This document shows positions 60,984 to 64,000 of a stretch of 64,000 nucleotides of DNA, piece after piece; the first letter of the stretch is position 1; the number at the start of each line of letters is the position of its first letter. The stretch lies in sequence record PP526941.1; one strand, given 5' to 3'. The translations under genes and the position numbers were made by a program. This stretch comes from Escherichia phage vB_EcoM_ECO78. The notes under the pieces are model-generated. The model was given only the letters and a program-made list of their open reading frames with translations, was not told the DNA's origin and ran no database searches.

Positions 60984-61943
60984 TCACTTCCACTGCATTT
61001 CGCATGCTAATTGAATGAAAAGATATGTTAAATGCAATTCAGTATTAGCTGCAATACCATGATACTGGTTATTTTCACCAACAATTTCATACATACGAAT
61101 AATACTTTGCGGAGTTACACGTGTATAGATTTCTTCGGCAAGTTTACCAACGAACAACGAATAATCAGCTGCATATTTTGGTGCTAAAGCTCTGAGCTGT
61201 TTAACATCTTTATTTTTGAGAGACTCAAGAACATCATCAATAGCACCACGATCGTTAGTAACCAGTGATAAAATACCAGCATCCAAAACACCTTTAGATG
61301 AATAACTATCGAGCTCACCAATAGTTTTACGAAAATCAGGAAAATTCTTTTTAACCAAAGCTGCTACAACTTTCATATCAGCTATAGCAATTCCTTCATG
61401 CTTGCAGATTTCAGTCAATCGACGAATCATCTGCTTCATCATTTCAATTTTATCTTCATCAGTCGGTTGACCGAATGTAATAACTCGGCAGCGTGACTGA
61501 AGCGGTTTAATAATACCATCAATATTGTTAGCAGTAATAATAATACTACAGTTTGAACTATAAGCTTCCATAAAGGAACGAAGATGTCGCTGAGACTCTG
61601 CTAACCCTGAGCGGTCAAATTCATCAATAACGATTACTTTTTGACGACCATCAAATGAAGCTGCACTAGCAAAATTAGTCAAAGGACCACGAACGAAATC
61701 AATTTTACAATCTGATCCATTCACAAACATCATATCAGCATTTACATCATGACACAATGCTTTTGCTACAGTTGTTTTACCTGTTCCTGGAGAAGGAGAA
61801 TGAAGAATAATATGTGGAATTTTACCTTTACTTGTAATAGATTTAAAGGTTTCTTTATCAAAGGCGGGAAGAATACATTCATCGATAGTAGATGGACGAT
61901 ATTTCTGTTCAAGAATGTGTTCTTTTTCATTTACAGTAATCAT
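60984..61943 (-). CDS. 44: clamp loader ATPase gp44
   Basis: Track start is TTG; ATG at 61943 ([17 protein letters not shown]) with SD GAGGAAA; Walker [11 protein letters not shown]. Confidence 0.9.
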   Translation of the reverse strand: MITVNEKEHILEQKYRPSTIDECILPAFDKETFKSITSKGKIPHIILHSPSPGTGKTTVAKALCHDVNADMMFVNGSDCKIDFVRGPLTNFASAASFDGRQKVIVIDEFDRSGLAESQRHLRSFMEAYSSNCSIIITANNIDGIIKPLQSRCRVITFGQPTDEDKIEMMKQMIRRLTEICKHEGIAIADMKVVAALVKKNFPDFRKTIGELDSYSSKGVLDAGILSLVTNDRGAIDDVLESLKNKDVKQLRALAPKYAADYSLFVGKLAEEIYTRVTPQSIIRMYEIVGENNQYHGIAANTELHLTYLFIQLACEMQWK

Positions 61944-61975
61944 AATTTCCTCATTCAAGTTTTAGTGTAAATTTA

Positions 61976-61990
61976 AGGGCCGAAGCCCTC
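61976..61990 (-). other. UUCG-tetraloop hairpin at the 45/44 junction
   Basis: GAGGGC-UUCG-GCCCUU immediately after the gene 45 stop; no U-run. Confidence 0.4.
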
Positions 61991-61992
61991 TA

Positions 61993-62679
61993 TTAAAAAT
62001 CGTGGGTAGAATCAGCTTCAAGAGCTACTACATAATTCGCATGTTCACCTTCAAATTTAGCAGCGCCTTGTTTACCTTTTGCCCAAAGCAGAAGTTTATA
62101 ATTTCCTGGTTGCATTTTCATATTTGCCATATTGATAATGAAATTAAATGTATTTTCACCATCATAATCACCAAGAGTCAAAGAATATTTAACACGGGTC
62201 AAAGCAGAATCTTCTACTTTATTAAAACCGTTAATTACGATTTTACCTTCTTTTACCGTGATAGCAATTGTATCAATCTGCAGACCACGAGATACACGCA
62301 ACAGTTGTTGAAGGTCTTCAGCTTTAATTTCAGTAACAACAGATGCTACCGGGAATGGAATTGGTTTATTAGGAGCAACTACTGTACTCGGATCGGCTGC
62401 TGGCCAAAAAATTGTTGAACGAGCATCAGCAATTTTAATATTACCATCTTCTGACTGGGAAATTTCTGCATCGTCATTAACTAGAGACAGAATGCCGAGA
62501 AAACCGTTCAAATCGTAAATTGCTACATCAAAATCAATAGTGTCAGAAATATTTGCTTCCGCATAAGTTGTACCATTAACTGCGCGAGTCATAATAAATT
62601 GACCTGATTTAAGCATAATACCGGAGTTAATAGTAGCGAAATTTTTAAGCAGAGCAGTAGTATCTTTAGACAGTTTCAT
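61993..62679 (-). CDS. 45: sliding clamp gp45
   Basis: 228 aa, MKLSKDTTALLKNFATINSGIMLKSGQFIMTRAVNGTTYAEANI... Confidence 0.9.
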   Translation of the reverse strand: MKLSKDTTALLKNFATINSGIMLKSGQFIMTRAVNGTTYAEANISDTIDFDVAIYDLNGFLGILSLVNDDAEISQSEDGNIKIADARSTIFWPAADPSTVVAPNKPIPFPVASVVTEIKAEDLQQLLRVSRGLQIDTIAITVKEGKIVINGFNKVEDSALTRVKYSLTLGDYDGENTFNFIINMANMKMQPGNYKLLLWAKGKQGAAKFEGEHANYVVALEADSTHDF

Positions 62680-62734
62680 GTAATTTCCTTCAATTCAAAT
62701 GAGATTTAATTTTATAACTAATTTAATAAAGCAA

Positions 62735-63124
62735 TTAACGATTAAAATCAGCCGCAATTGTTTCCGCAACAATTTGTGCAGCAACAATTAGACGTTCATC
62801 TGCATTACCGCAATAATCATCTTCAAGGCGTTCACCACATGAAGTCATAATAAATTTAGCACCGGCGTTTAGAGATTCTGCAGTATGTTTGCGCATTAGT
62901 TCAATCCATTTATTACTTACTTCACGATCGATAGCTTCATAATACGCATGACGAGCAGGTGCAGATTTAATTTTGTTCTGAATAACTTCCATTGCGTTAT
63001 CGGAAAGAGACAAAACCCATGCTCGACGAATTTTATTTTGGTTTTGTGGATTTGATTCAGAACGCACGTGTTTTGGCTGAATATCTTTTACATCAACAGT
63101 ATAATTCACAGTAATTTTAGTCAT
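62735..63124 (-). CDS. rpbA: RNA polymerase-binding protein RpbA
   Basis: 129 aa between 45 and 46. Confidence 0.65.
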   Translation of the reverse strand: MTKITVNYTVDVKDIQPKHVRSESNPQNQNKIRRAWVLSLSDNAMEVIQNKIKSAPARHAYYEAIDREVSNKWIELMRKHTAESLNAGAKFIMTSCGERLEDDYCGNADERLIVAAQIVAETIAADFNR

Positions 63125-63133
63125 AATACACCT

Positions 63134-63322
63134 TTAGTCATAATAATCAGTAACAGTCCAAGCTTCATTTCTATTGGACATTATTTTTGTATATTCTGCT
63201 TTAAATGCATTCCTAAGCATAGATTCAGTAACTATATGCTCTTCATTAGAAAAATTATTTCTCAGAATATATCGTTTTATTTCAGGAATAGTTAATAGAT
63301 GCTGTCCAGTTGAATATTCCAT
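63134..63322 (-). CDS. hypothetical protein
   Basis: 62 aa. Confidence 0.4.
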   Translation of the reverse strand: MEYSTGQHLLTIPEIKRYILRNNFSNEEHIVTESMLRNAFKAEYTKIMSNRNEAWTVTDYYD

Positions 63323-63377
63323 GTTTTTCCTCCATAGAGATTATACTCTAATAAATTAAAGCATAATCTCTTATAAA

Positions 63378-64000
63378 TTAAACCATTACAGTAAATCGAC
63401 CAACTTTCTTCATTTGAAGATGCTGACCATATTCTTGCGGGTCATGGTCTTTATGCGAAATTATAAAGACATTAGTGTTTTTCATTGAATTTATAATATT
63501 AGCTACACCTTTAATACCTTCGGCATCAAATGACCCATCAAACACTTCATCGAGTATTAATGTACTAATACTAACACCAGATACAATAGAAGCAATATCG
63601 CGCCAAGTAAATAAAAGAGCAATATCAATTCTTGCTTTTTCACCTTCACTAAATGAAGCATAACTAAAATCTTCACGACCACGGGATTTAATTGTCTCAT
63701 TAAATTCTTCATCTAATGTAAACACATAATCCGCTTCCATTATTTTAAGATAATGGTTAATCTGCTTATTAAATAATGGAATGTATTTTTTAATAATAGC
63801 ACCTTTAATACCAGAATCTTTGAGCATATCAGTCAAAATTCCTCGGTGGTATTTTTCCATTACTAAATTAGTTTTTGTCTTAACAATTTTATCAAGTTCT
63901 TCTTGAAGCAGTGCTATTTCATCAGCATGGTCGATAAACTCGGATGATGCTTTTTCTATAGCCGCTTTAACTTTTTTAGCTTTATCTACCGTCGTGATTA
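63378..64000 (-). CDS. 46: recombination endonuclease subunit gp46 (SbcC/Rad50-like), C-terminal part only
   Basis: Frame stays open upstream of the track ATG to the window end (...AKKVKAAIEKASSEFIDHADEIALLQEELDKIVKTKTNLVMEKYHRG...); N-terminus lies beyond 64000. Confidence 0.8.
   Translation of the reverse strand, partial: ITTVDKAKKVKAAIEKASSEFIDHADEIALLQEELDKIVKTKTNLVMEKYHRGILTDMLKDSGIKGAIIKKYIPLFNKQINHYLKIMEADYVFTLDEEFNETIKSRGREDFSYASFSEGEKARIDIALLFTWRDIASIVSGVSISTLILDEVFDGSFDAEGIKGVANIINSMKNTNVFIISHKDHDPQEYGQHLQMKKVGRFTVMV

Overview
The window is a contiguous segment of a T-even (T4-like) myovirus genome, read here from alc/rnlA through the 5' part of gene 46 and wrapping through the rII region. 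Most genes are tightly packed early/middle genes on the minus strand: rnlA, denA, nrdB, nrdA, td, frd, 32, 59, 33, dsbA, rnh, asiA, arn, motA, 52, ac, stp, ndd, denB, rIIB, rIIA, 39, dexA, dda, srd, modA, modB, soc, 56, 61, sp, dmd, 41, 40, uvsX, 42, imm, 43, regA, 62, 44, 45, rpbA, 46. The late long-tail-fibre and lysis cassette (34, 35, 36, 37, 38, t) is on the plus strand. Gene identities rest on reading the translations and on remembered T4 proteins and gene order; no database search was run. Relative to the T4 reference as I recall it, td and nrdB are uninterrupted (no group I introns), gene 39 is a single fused ORF (no separate gene 60), gp37/gp38 are of the T2/T6 type with a glycine-rich gp38 adhesin, the gene next to 42 is a DxD-type glycosyltransferase rather than T4 beta-gt, and no dam or segF is present around gene 56. 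Together this points to a T2/T6-like lineage. Non-coding signals read directly include early promoters of a conserved extended family, MotA-box middle promoters, TATAAATA late promoters, UUCG-tetraloop terminators and the gene 32 and gene 43 translational operators. I did not find a self-evident novel multi-gene system. The most interesting items are a recurrent promoter architecture in which the spacer is complementary to the SD/start region of the downstream gene, an extra ORF between frd and td, a plus-strand membrane ORF between 56 and 61, and clusters of tiny hydrophobic ORFs.
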